Source: an uncultured delta proteobacterium
GTDB taxonomy: Bacteria > Desulfobacterota > Desulfomonilia > UBA1062
Reading direction: 5' to 3'
Length of the DNA: 64,000 nt
NCBI GenBank assembly: GCA_963798485.1
Contig: CAWCTR010000017.1
Coordinates: 128,001 to 192,000, forward strand
In this document: positions 55,957-64,000 of the stretch, one piece after another
How positions within the stretch are numbered: the first letter of the stretch is position 1
How the letters are laid out: every line of letters starts with the position of its first letter
Translations under genes and position numbers: made by a program
The notes under the pieces: model-generated
The model's input: the letters and a program-made list of their open reading frames with translations, nothing else
Told to the model about the DNA's origin: nothing
The model's database searches: none

Positions 55957-56568
55957 TCAGAGCGGCAGGCACCTGATGCCTAGGGCCTTTTCCACATGGC
56001 CAACGGCGTGAAAGGCGGCATGCGGGATCCTGAACGGGATGCCGAAGAGCCTCCAGCTGATGAATTCCAGAACGAGACCGGTCTCAGCCACGGTATCCAT
56101 GTAGGCGAATTCCGTTCTCAGCGGTGTTGCCCGGATCGTGCCCCTTATCCATGTCGGGTAGCCGTGACTTTCAAGACGTGCTGCATGTACATCCACATTG
56201 TTCACCAGAAAGCCCAGGTGCTGTACGACCATGGGGCAATCAGGGTCTATGCAGTCCTTGTAGAAAGATGAACCTTCGCCCGGTTCCAGGAGTTCCACCT
56301 CGAAGCCCTTGTGATAGGCGATGCCCATCTTGCCCTTGAAATGTCCCAGCTTCCTGCGTTCATTCCAGAGGGCTAGACTGCCTGAGGCGATGAAAAAGGG
56401 GCCCAAGCCCTTTGCCTCCAGTTCTGCGGCAGCGGCTTGAACATCCGGCACCACGACTCCGATCTGGTGGATCAGGGGGAATTCGTATTTATCCCTGAAA
56501 TCTTTGGCGAGACGGGATACCGCCAGGGTGAAATTGTCGGCCTCGAGCAGATCATTGAAAGGTATCAT
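55957..56568 (-). CDS. VOC family protein (methylmalonyl-CoA epimerase/glyoxalase-like)
   Basis: HQIGVVVPD, EVELLEP, QHLGFLV, FAYMDT, LEF. Confidence 0.8.
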   Translation of the reverse strand: MIPFNDLLEADNFTLAVSRLAKDFRDKYEFPLIHQIGVVVPDVQAAAAELEAKGLGPFFIASGSLALWNERRKLGHFKGKMGIAYHKGFEVELLEPGEGSSFYKDCIDPDCPMVVQHLGFLVNNVDVHAARLESHGYPTWIRGTIRATPLRTEFAYMDTVAETGLVLEFISWRLFGIPFRIPHAAFHAVGHVEKALGIRCLPL

Positions 56569-56650
56569 GGTTAGCCTCCTTACAAGGATGATGTGTAAAC
56601 AGTGACCGTAAAATTTACCCCATTCGTCTAATCATCATTCACGAATCTGA

Positions 56651-56848
56651 TCACTTTACCGGCTCATGGGCCTTGCGGCCATATACCCTCTCATAGGCCA
56701 TGCAGAATGGACAGAAGCCACCCTCTATGTTCTTCACAAAGGAGTAGGCAAGGCCTTCCTGTTTCCTCCGGGCTGTCCTGCACACCGGGCATTTTGTACA
56801 CACAGAGGCCAAAGCCCTCATGAACATACCGGCCTGTTTATTTTCCAT
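56651..56848 (-). CDS. Small Cys-rich hypothetical protein (65 aa)
   Basis: CTKCPVC and CPFC motifs; co-oriented between the reductase and VOC genes. Confidence 0.6.
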   Translation of the reverse strand: MENKQAGMFMRALASVCTKCPVCRTARRKQEGLAYSFVKNIEGGFCPFCMAYERVYGRKAHEPVK

Positions 56849-56941
56849 GACCACCCCCACATAAAGGAATTGCTGATTACTATTATAAGCGTCCTGGTGG
56901 ATGCGGCAAGTATATTCAGGTTCTTTGTGCATGAATGTCAC

Positions 56942-58594
56942 CTATTCCAGGGCCAAAAGCTTCCGGTCCAGGAGCCAGGCATGAGCGGCAAGGGCTGCCT
57001 TGGCGCCGGCCCCTGCAGCGATGACGATCTGTTTTTCCGTCTCGTCCGTGACATCGCCGGCTGCAAAGAAACCCGGTATTGAGGTGGACTGATCGCGATT
57101 GACCTCAATCTCGCCCAGGTCATTGAGCTTCACCAGGTCCTTGACCGGCGCTGAGTTGGGGAGAAGCCCGATCTCAAGAAAGACACCGTCCACGTTCAGG
57201 TCAAGGCGCTCCGTCCCTTCCACCGCCTCCAGGCGGACACCCGCGAGCCTTTCCTTGCCGAGAAATTCCACAACCCGCATGCCGCCATGCAGGGTGACAT
57301 GCCGGGCCTCCTTTACCGTTTCAAAGAGCACCGCATCTGCCTGGAAACTTTTAAGGACATTGACGATATGGATCTCCTTGGCATAACCCAGCAGGTCCCT
57401 GGCTGCCGTGAAGGCGGAGTTTCCCCCGCCGATGACGGCTACACGCCTGTCGCGGTATAGCGGTGCATCGCAGGTTGCGCAAAACGCGATACCGTGGCCC
57501 AGAAAACGGCCCTCGCCTTCCACCCCCAAGGTGCGGTATTCCTTGCCTGCGCAGTAGATCACCGCCTTGGCCCGGTAAGTCTGTCCCGATGCCGTATTCA
57601 CCTCGAACAAGGAGTCTTTCCTTGTAATGGACGTCACCTTCTCGCCCATCTGCTCGGCAACGGCATAGCGTTCTGCATGGGCGCGGAATATGGCCGTGAG
57701 GTCCATGCCGCTCATGCCAGGGATGCCGAGCCAGTTCTCGATGCCGGCGGTGTTGGTGATCTGCCCCCCGAAGGCCTCACCAATCAGCGCTACTTCCAGG
57801 TTCTTTCTGATGGCATAGATGGCCGCAGACAGGGCCGCCGGACCTGCACCCACGATGATGATATCATAGGTACGCTCGGTCGTTGCAGGGATAGCCAGGC
57901 GCTCACCTGCGGCCTCACGCATCTGGGCGTCGATCTGCTCGTATTCCTTGGGCTTGACCACCTTCAGGACCTGCAGGATCGCCTGGAGGGGTGGCAGCGC
58001 ACCTTCGAAGGAGGCACCCTCATTGATGAGAGTCCTGGGCACACCGCTCACTTCGTAGCGCTGCACAAGCTGGGGGAACTGGGAGGATTCGATCATATCG
58101 GCGCGGATATTCTCGTTTGCAACAGCCATCTGGTGGGCAATGTGCACCATCTTGGGGCAATAGGGGCAGGTGAGCGTCACCATGACCTCCAGGTGCACCG
58201 GGACATCGATGACAGCAAGGAGGTGCTCGAGATCATGAGGCAGTCCTGATTGTCCGGCTGATACCATAAGCACGGCCTCGATGAGCGAGCCGAACTCATA
58301 GCCCATGGTCATGCCATAGAACCGGATGCCATAATCCTTCTCACCGATAAGGACCGTAGCAGGGACCTTGTTGACCCCATAGGTGCGGGCAAGATCGGCA
58401 TCAGCCAGAAGGTCTTTGATTTCCAGCGTGATCTTGTCCGAGAGTGCGGCAAATTCCGTCAACAGGTCCTCCTGCTCCCGGCACGCCACGCAGGGGTGCT
58501 CCTGGGTGAAGAACACGAGCCGGAGAGGGATCTTGAGGTGTTTCAAGACGGGCAGGAGTTCTTTCTTTGTCTTGGCATCAATAAGATCGGGCAT
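56942..58594 (-). CDS. AhpF-like fusion of protein-disulfide oxidoreductase and thioredoxin reductase
   Basis: Two thioredoxin folds (CVAC, CPYC), FAD motif GAGPA, FCATCD, GGGNSA, AAGDVT; AGGAGG RBS. Confidence 0.9.
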   Translation of the reverse strand: MPDLIDAKTKKELLPVLKHLKIPLRLVFFTQEHPCVACREQEDLLTEFAALSDKITLEIKDLLADADLARTYGVNKVPATVLIGEKDYGIRFYGMTMGYEFGSLIEAVLMVSAGQSGLPHDLEHLLAVIDVPVHLEVMVTLTCPYCPKMVHIAHQMAVANENIRADMIESSQFPQLVQRYEVSGVPRTLINEGASFEGALPPLQAILQVLKVVKPKEYEQIDAQMREAAGERLAIPATTERTYDIIIVGAGPAALSAAIYAIRKNLEVALIGEAFGGQITNTAGIENWLGIPGMSGMDLTAIFRAHAERYAVAEQMGEKVTSITRKDSLFEVNTASGQTYRAKAVIYCAGKEYRTLGVEGEGRFLGHGIAFCATCDAPLYRDRRVAVIGGGNSAFTAARDLLGYAKEIHIVNVLKSFQADAVLFETVKEARHVTLHGGMRVVEFLGKERLAGVRLEAVEGTERLDLNVDGVFLEIGLLPNSAPVKDLVKLNDLGEIEVNRDQSTSIPGFFAAGDVTDETEKQIVIAAGAGAKAALAAHAWLLDRKLLALE

Positions 58595-58976
58595 AACATC
58601 CTCCTAAAAGATGGGACATGGAGAAACGGCATCCTCTTTAATATTCTAATACCGGATGTGCATGATTTCAACAGATCGAGGAACAAGGGAGGTCCTATGG
58701 AGATTAAACCTTGCGGAATCCTCTGTACGGGCAATCATCCCTTTTCAACTGTCGAGCGATTTGGGCACTGGTATTATAGCAGAGGTCAAGACAAAAAAGC
58801 CGGTATACACTCATCAGGGATGAAGTGGTGGTTGTTTACAAAGGATAAAGATCTCGCTGTCAGGACAGCTAAATCACACATAGAATAATTTGACCACAGG
58901 GTGATGATCTCTTTCGGAGAGTATCGGTTCTCAGGCATTTCAAAAAACAATAAGTTATCGCAGGAATCATCATAAG

Positions 58977-59032
58977 GAATAACGTGCTGATCACCGGCAG
59001 CTGTAAGCCGTCCGGTGGATTAAGGGTTAGAC
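58977..59032 (-). mobile_element. attC site of an integron gene cassette
   Basis: Minus strand GTCTAAC (R'') ccttaatCCACCGG acggcttacagctg CCGGTG atcagcac GTTATTC (R'); the gene's TAA lies inside R''. Confidence 0.8.
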
Positions 59033-59975
59033 GGCGCACACGTCCAGATTTGCGATCCCGCCACCCCGAAGCACAACCACTGTTTCTGTTCTGCTGTAGA
59101 TTTGGCGATCCGAAAAGTAAACAGTGCGGCTATTAATAGCTGCAACCTGATTGGTGTTGACCTCGAATCTCGATTGAAGTGGATCTTCGAGTACACCCAA
59201 CAAGGCCTGGCGCGTGTTTAGTGGAAATGAGACTTCGGTGCCAGGCAAACCATAACCGATCGGTCCACGCATGTTTGGGTCCTTGAATATAACCGCCACT
59301 GGATGATCGCATGTCACGAAGTCTGGAGCATCAGTTTCTGCGATGATCAACGACCAATACCGAGTACCGAGCAAGTGGAGTACTTGTTGAAACACTCCTA
59401 GCTCTAATGAGAGGCTATCATTGGTGCTGATTTCAACAGTGTACTGATCGTCCTGTATAAACTTTCTCATTTCTTCGAACGACACGTTAACACCTTCGGG
59501 AACGAAGCCGTTCTTTTTAGACTTAGAAATTTGGTATTCGAAGAGGCGTTGATCCGAGCTAAGTATGCTGCCAATAATGCGTGCCGTATGCTGATGAGCA
59601 GCATTCATAGCTCTCCGACTCTTTGGGTTGCGGACAACAAGCAGCGCCATTAGATTAATAACATAGCTGAACTCCTCGTCAGGAGGCAATTCACCGCTAT
59701 CTCGAATACCTTGAAGGACAGAGCCGGTTCTACCCTCAAACGCACCTAGTGCCTGCTCTAAGGCATCTGGATCTTGACCGTCGATATCTATTCGATTGAA
59801 ATCACGCATGGCAGCAACATTTCTAGGCTTGGTCTGAAATATGGAACCCGACACGAGATCCGATGCATAGAACTGCCCATCTCGAGTTCCATCGTCCGTA
59901 AACCCAGCGAGGTAGACTTGTGGTACAAAATGATGATTTCTAGAGGTCTTTTTCATTGTGTTACTCATAGTCTAA
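58983..59975 (-). mobile_element. Solitary integron gene cassette (993 bp)
   Basis: G/TTAGAC one base before the ATG is the exact complement of the downstream R'' GTCTAAC; single promoterless ORF. Confidence 0.78.
59027..59968 (-). CDS. DUF4238 domain protein
   Basis: N-terminal HHFVPQVYLAGF, FVTCDHPV, FPL, N...IYS motifs. Confidence 0.8.
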   Translation of the reverse strand: MSNTMKKTSRNHHFVPQVYLAGFTDDGTRDGQFYASDLVSGSIFQTKPRNVAAMRDFNRIDIDGQDPDALEQALGAFEGRTGSVLQGIRDSGELPPDEEFSYVINLMALLVVRNPKSRRAMNAAHQHTARIIGSILSSDQRLFEYQISKSKKNGFVPEGVNVSFEEMRKFIQDDQYTVEISTNDSLSLELGVFQQVLHLLGTRYWSLIIAETDAPDFVTCDHPVAVIFKDPNMRGPIGYGLPGTEVSFPLNTRQALLGVLEDPLQSRFEVNTNQVAAINSRTVYFSDRQIYSRTETVVVLRGGGIANLDVCAV

Positions 59976-60041
59976 CGTATTACTATACTGCACTTTTGCA
60001 GTATATCACCATTGTTATCCGAAGCACAATTGCAGTATATC
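59970..60041 (-). mobile_element. Upstream att-like site (short attC-like hairpin or attI-like site with direct repeats)
   Basis: GGATAAC-N-TATACTGCA-AAAG-TGCAGTATA-N-GTTAGAC; GATATACTGCAA occurs twice as a direct repeat. Confidence 0.55.
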
Positions 60042-60523
60042 CAGATATTGAATGCAAGGTATTATGATGTTATAATATTTAAATCGTTGATTTCGTGCCA
60101 TAGCCCACGGTTTAATATGATGTGTCTTACTGTGTATGTTTCAACCCAAGATCTTCGTTTTTTGAAATCTCAAAACCGACAAGAAATCGCAGTTATGTTC
60201 ACCATGAGTAAAGTGACGATTTTGAGTTATAGTCTATGGTGGGTATTAATAAAACTTGGCTTAGTATGTTGGCACAATATCTATTTACATTCCAACATGT
60301 TATTAAATGAGTAAATTTAATTTTAACCCCATCTATTGACTTTCATTGAAGCAGAATTAATTTTTATAAATTAATCTATTAGTTATGCAAATTCTTTGTA
60401 GATACTATCAATAGTTTTTGATGAATAATTATTATCCCAGATTTTTTATTCACTTAGAGGAAAATCATTTACCAGAGGATTGGGATTAAAGAAATTAACT
60501 AATTGGAGAGAAAGGGGGTATCT

Positions 60524-63205
60524 ATGAGGAGAAAAACACGTATAGTTTGTTCAGTGCTGGTAGTTTGCGGGATTCTCACCGCTATTCCTGCAGCGTCCTA
60601 TGTTGTATGGATGTTGGCTGACCTCATGAATGTCGTTTCACCAACACAGCTGCAGACACTCAACTATCATCCTGTCGAGATCGTAGTAAACTTCAAGAAT
60701 GGAGCCATAGCAAATACCTTTACAGCTTCACTCAACGGGCATAATATCACAAGTGAGTTCACGCCTATCCAGGGAGGAGTACATGCCTATGTTACCCCGG
60801 ATGAAGGGCTGAACTGTTACATCATCGGTCAGAATTCGATACTGTCACAGATCAATTTTCTCGCCACGAGTATTCAGGGTAACGGTTATAAGTATGATGT
60901 AAATATCAATGAGTTCAATGTCAAATACTACCCGGTTAAGACAGCTCGGGACAATGTAGGAGTGTGGTTCATAACCGGGGGCGCTCTTGGTGATGTCATG
61001 GAGGCAATGGGGTATGCTGTGGCCACCGACAGGCTGTGGCAGATGGAGACATACCGCCGCACTGCAAGAGGCACACTTGCCGAGATATTAGGGTCATCTT
61101 ATTTATCAAATGATATCGGTGTGCGGACCATCAGCTATACCGATCAGGAACTCTCTGACGGGTTTGATGCCCTGGACAGGGATGCACAGATCGCCATATC
61201 AGAGTATGTAGAGGGTATCAATAAGCGTATCGACAATATCAAGGCAAATCCCTTACTGCTGCCGTTTGAGTTTTTGGCTGTGGGATTCCCACTCAATTAC
61301 ACCCCTGGTTATTGGACCGAAGAAGATATCCTTGCATGGATGTCATTCTTGTTGAGGGACTTCGATTGTGAGGCACTGGAATTTGGTCAGATCCAAAACG
61401 CTGCATTGTTCCAGGCACTGACAACTCAATATGGGGTCGCACAAGGCTACGGTATGTTCAACGACCTCAGGTGGTTAAACGATCCGAGCGCACTCACCTA
61501 TATCCCACCGGTTGCGACAACGGCTATGATGGCAGCCCCGGCCCTTGCTGCTCCCAGTGTCTCTGCCCAAGCACCTGCTATTCAGGGTATTTCGGGTGAT
61601 TTCCAAGGAGCTTATGAAGCCCTGTCTAACCAGAGAGATACCAATATAAATAACCTGAAAAATATCAATGCATTCGTGAAAATGGGGAGTTATGCATGGT
61701 CTATCTCAGGCAAAAAGACCGCGGACGGCAAACCGATTATTTACTCTGGTCCTCAGATGGGGATTACAGTGCCTCCAATCGTGATTGAAGGCTCTATAAT
61801 AGGTGGTGGTCTTACTATATCAGGGATGTCAGTCCCTGGTATCCCCGGCATCATTATCGGCCGGACACCGCATCATGCATGGTCCCAGCAGGTGGGGCAT
61901 GCGCATACGGTTGATTTTTACGTTGAATCTCCTTCGAGTATTACTCTCAACCGTGTGGAGACCATACATGTCGCCGGTCAGCCCGATTACACACTTCCCG
62001 TTTATCGTAGTAAGCATGGGCCGATTGTAAATCAAAGCCCACTACTTTCCTGGAAATACTCCCACTGGGGATATGAATTCAAGACGATCAAGGCGTACTT
62101 GAATCTTGCACGCGCACAGAGCATGGATGACTTCGGCAAGGCTATCGAGGATGTAGCTGTCAGTCAGCACTTCTGTTATGCAGACAAGGACGGGAATATC
62201 GCTTACTGGATGTCAGGCCGCGATCCTGTTAGGCCTGCTGGAGAATGGCGTCTGCCTCAGGGTATGATCGCTCCAGCACTTGAATGGGATGCCTCAGTCC
62301 TTATTCCGCGGTCAACGGATCGCAATAACGCCCAGGGTTATTACTGTGGATGGAACAACAAGAGCAACCCGAGCTACAATGATTCTATCAATAGTCCCGG
62401 CTACTTCTTCGGCCCGTTCGTCAGGGCTCACGTGATCAATGACTACCTTTCCACCAATAACAACCTCACCTATGAAGAGGTTCGGGACCTGGCCCTTTAT
62501 ATTGCTACCACTGATTCTTTTGGCCACGGGGGCATACCGTGGGATTTCGTGTCAGAGGATTTCACAAATGCCGTATTAAATAAGGCTGGAGGACCAAGCA
62601 CTGCTGAAAAGGCAGCCCTCAACCTTCTTTCGGCCTGGGACGGCAACTTTGTCGATGGAGGCCCCTCGGAATGGCGCGAGGGTGTAGACCGTTCCGATGC
62701 CTGGATACTCCAGGATGCCTGGATTCGAGAGGTTTTGAGGCTCACCTTTGCCAATACGCTGCCGTTCTATTTTGATGCCACTAATGATGCGGTAATATTC
62801 CGCCTGTTCAATGTATATCTCCACGCCATGGAAGGTGGCTTTAATAACTATCACTGGTTCCAAGGACAAGACACGAATGGCATCATTGTGACTGCGATTG
62901 ATAATGTACTTAAAAACCTTGGCCCGCAGCCATGGGGTACTGGGAAGCGCGGGGAGATCACGCTTGCAGATAGCTTCTTAGGCGGTACGGTTGTCGACAG
63001 TATACCATACGCTGAACGATCAACGTACGCTCATTGTGTTGAATTCGGTCCGAGCGGTCCCATTCGGATTGAAAGCATGTTCCCGCTCGGGGAATCGCAA
63101 AATATCCTCTTTAATGGCACAGGACCAGTATTCGATCCAAACTTCTTCAGCATGGTACCGATATACGACCCGTTTGAGCCAAGGTCATTCCCACTATTCC
63201 ACTAA
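60524..63205 (+). CDS. Penicillin acylase family (peptidase S45) Ntn-hydrolase
   Basis: GYAVATDRLWQME, cleavage site KMG/SYAW, GPQMG, YRSKHGP, YADKDGNIAY, WNNK; signal peptide plus an extra N-terminal domain. Confidence 0.9.
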   Translation: MRRKTRIVCSVLVVCGILTAIPAASYVVWMLADLMNVVSPTQLQTLNYHPVEIVVNFKNGAIANTFTASLNGHNITSEFTPIQGGVHAYVTPDEGLNCYIIGQNSILSQINFLATSIQGNGYKYDVNINEFNVKYYPVKTARDNVGVWFITGGALGDVMEAMGYAVATDRLWQMETYRRTARGTLAEILGSSYLSNDIGVRTISYTDQELSDGFDALDRDAQIAISEYVEGINKRIDNIKANPLLLPFEFLAVGFPLNYTPGYWTEEDILAWMSFLLRDFDCEALEFGQIQNAALFQALTTQYGVAQGYGMFNDLRWLNDPSALTYIPPVATTAMMAAPALAAPSVSAQAPAIQGISGDFQGAYEALSNQRDTNINNLKNINAFVKMGSYAWSISGKKTADGKPIIYSGPQMGITVPPIVIEGSIIGGGLTISGMSVPGIPGIIIGRTPHHAWSQQVGHAHTVDFYVESPSSITLNRVETIHVAGQPDYTLPVYRSKHGPIVNQSPLLSWKYSHWGYEFKTIKAYLNLARAQSMDDFGKAIEDVAVSQHFCYADKDGNIAYWMSGRDPVRPAGEWRLPQGMIAPALEWDASVLIPRSTDRNNAQGYYCGWNNKSNPSYNDSINSPGYFFGPFVRAHVINDYLSTNNNLTYEEVRDLALYIATTDSFGHGGIPWDFVSEDFTNAVLNKAGGPSTAEKAALNLLSAWDGNFVDGGPSEWREGVDRSDAWILQDAWIREVLRLTFANTLPFYFDATNDAVIFRLFNVYLHAMEGGFNNYHWFQGQDTNGIIVTAIDNVLKNLGPQPWGTGKRGEITLADSFLGGTVVDSIPYAERSTYAHCVEFGPSGPIRIESMFPLGESQNILFNGTGPVFDPNFFSMVPIYDPFEPRSFPLFH

Positions 63206-63234
63206 GAAGTTTTCTTATAGTGCAAATACACTGA

Positions 63235-63264
63235 CCCTGCCCGTACTCCCGGGCAGGGCTTTTT
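63235..63264 (+). terminator. Rho-independent terminator
   Basis: CCCTGCCCG-N6-CGGGCAGGG followed by CTTTTT, 30 nt after the stop. Confidence 0.75.
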
Positions 63265-63477
63265 CTAATATTATTGATCAATCATTAGTCTAAAACTTAT
63301 ATTATCAACTGGATATAAATGAGTGTTTCCCAATTCAGGTGAGATACTGTAGATTACGCAAAAGGATTATTGGTTTTATAAGCATGGAAAAACTATATAG
63401 TTCGTGCCATACACAACGTCCTGCCTATACTGATGATTCCTTTTGAAAATATATATTCTGGCTTATGGGCTAGTAAC

Positions 63478-63966
63478 TCAATCCTTGTTGGCGGCATTGA
63501 CCTTTATCACGTGGAAGGCCTTTTCTAGATCTTGCGGTTTAAGCTCTACCATGAAACCCCTCTTGCCGCCATTGATGAAGATGCGGTCCAGCCCGAATAT
63601 CGTGGACTCTCCATATACCGGCAGCCTTGTACGAGTGCCGAAGGGGCTGATACCGCCTACCATGTAGCCGGTATATCGATTGGCGTCTTTTTCATCACAA
63701 GGCTCAATGTGCTTCACGTTGAGTTCCCGGGCAAGCTGTTTGGTGGAGACCTCACGGTCGCCATGCATGAGCATGATGAAAGGCTTATTATCATCTGGTT
63801 CCATGATCAGGGTCTTGATCACCTGGTGTTCGGGGATGAGAAAATATTCAGATACATGATGGGTGCCGCCATGTTCGACAAAGGGGTAGAGGTGTGGGAT
63901 GAATGCAATCTTTTTGTCCCGCAGCAAACGGATAGCCTGAGTGATCGGGTAGTCCGGCCTTGTCAT
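63478..63966 (-). CDS. ybaK: Cys-tRNA(Pro) deacylase YbaK
   Basis: TQAIRLL, VIKTL, TGYMVGGISPFG, INGGKRG. Confidence 0.9.
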   Translation of the reverse strand: MTRPDYPITQAIRLLRDKKIAFIPHLYPFVEHGGTHHVSEYFLIPEHQVIKTLIMEPDDNKPFIMLMHGDREVSTKQLARELNVKHIEPCDEKDANRYTGYMVGGISPFGTRTRLPVYGESTIFGLDRIFINGGKRGFMVELKPQDLEKAFHVIKVNAANKD

Positions 63967-64000
63967 TGTCTTATCTTGTTGTCCCCTGTCAGATGCCATG

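Noticed and set aside
60042-60523. Integron integrase or its remnant upstream of the cassette
   Set aside because: AT-rich sequence without tyrosine recombinase motifs; the 100-aa ORF at 60012 looks non-coding
60094-63409. TGGCAC half-sites at 60094-60100, 60270-60275 and 63403-63409 as sigma54 promoters
   Set aside because: None has GC at the required GG-N10-GC spacing
1-64000. CRISPR arrays, tRNA/rRNA genes, IS transposases, selenocysteine read-through
   Set aside because: No regularly spaced repeats, cloverleaf or rRNA signatures, transposase motifs, or in-frame TGA at catalytic Cys positions were found by eye

Overview
Chromosomal window from an anaerobic Desulfobacterota-like (deltaproteobacterial) bacterium; the taxonomy is inferred from gene content only. 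Left to right: 3' part of a PflX-like radical SAM gene; an internally deleted HD-GYP remnant; a flagellar basal-body operon (flgBC-fliEFGHIJ-motE-like) with a sigma54 promoter, two sigma54 enhancer-binding proteins and a TPR protein; housekeeping genes (IHF/HU, rluB, site-2 protease, trpS, scpAB, mog, EF-G paralog, holB, Smr); a REP doublet; a LysR gene with a divergent candidate sRNA carrying an anti-Shine-Dalgarno motif; a seven-gene operon joining a four-subunit 2-oxoacid:ferredoxin oxidoreductase to a HydABC/NuoEFG-like NADH module that has electron-bifurcation signatures but no hydrogenase or formate dehydrogenase catalytic domain; ffh; a two-component system followed by a polysaccharide export module (short OPX, beta-barrel, PCP, ExeA-like ATPase with LysM and SPOR domains, tyrosine kinase); comF; a DUF2520-RfaE2 fusion; and a more accessory right third (surface lipoproteins, one frameshifted, a PASTA/CTERM protein, CoxD/CoxE plus acyl-CoA dehydrogenase, an AhpF-like fusion, a solitary integron cassette encoding DUF4238, a penicillin acylase-family gene, ybaK). 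No rRNA, tRNA, CRISPR array, transposase or integrase was recognised. Calls come from reading motifs by eye; no database search was run.
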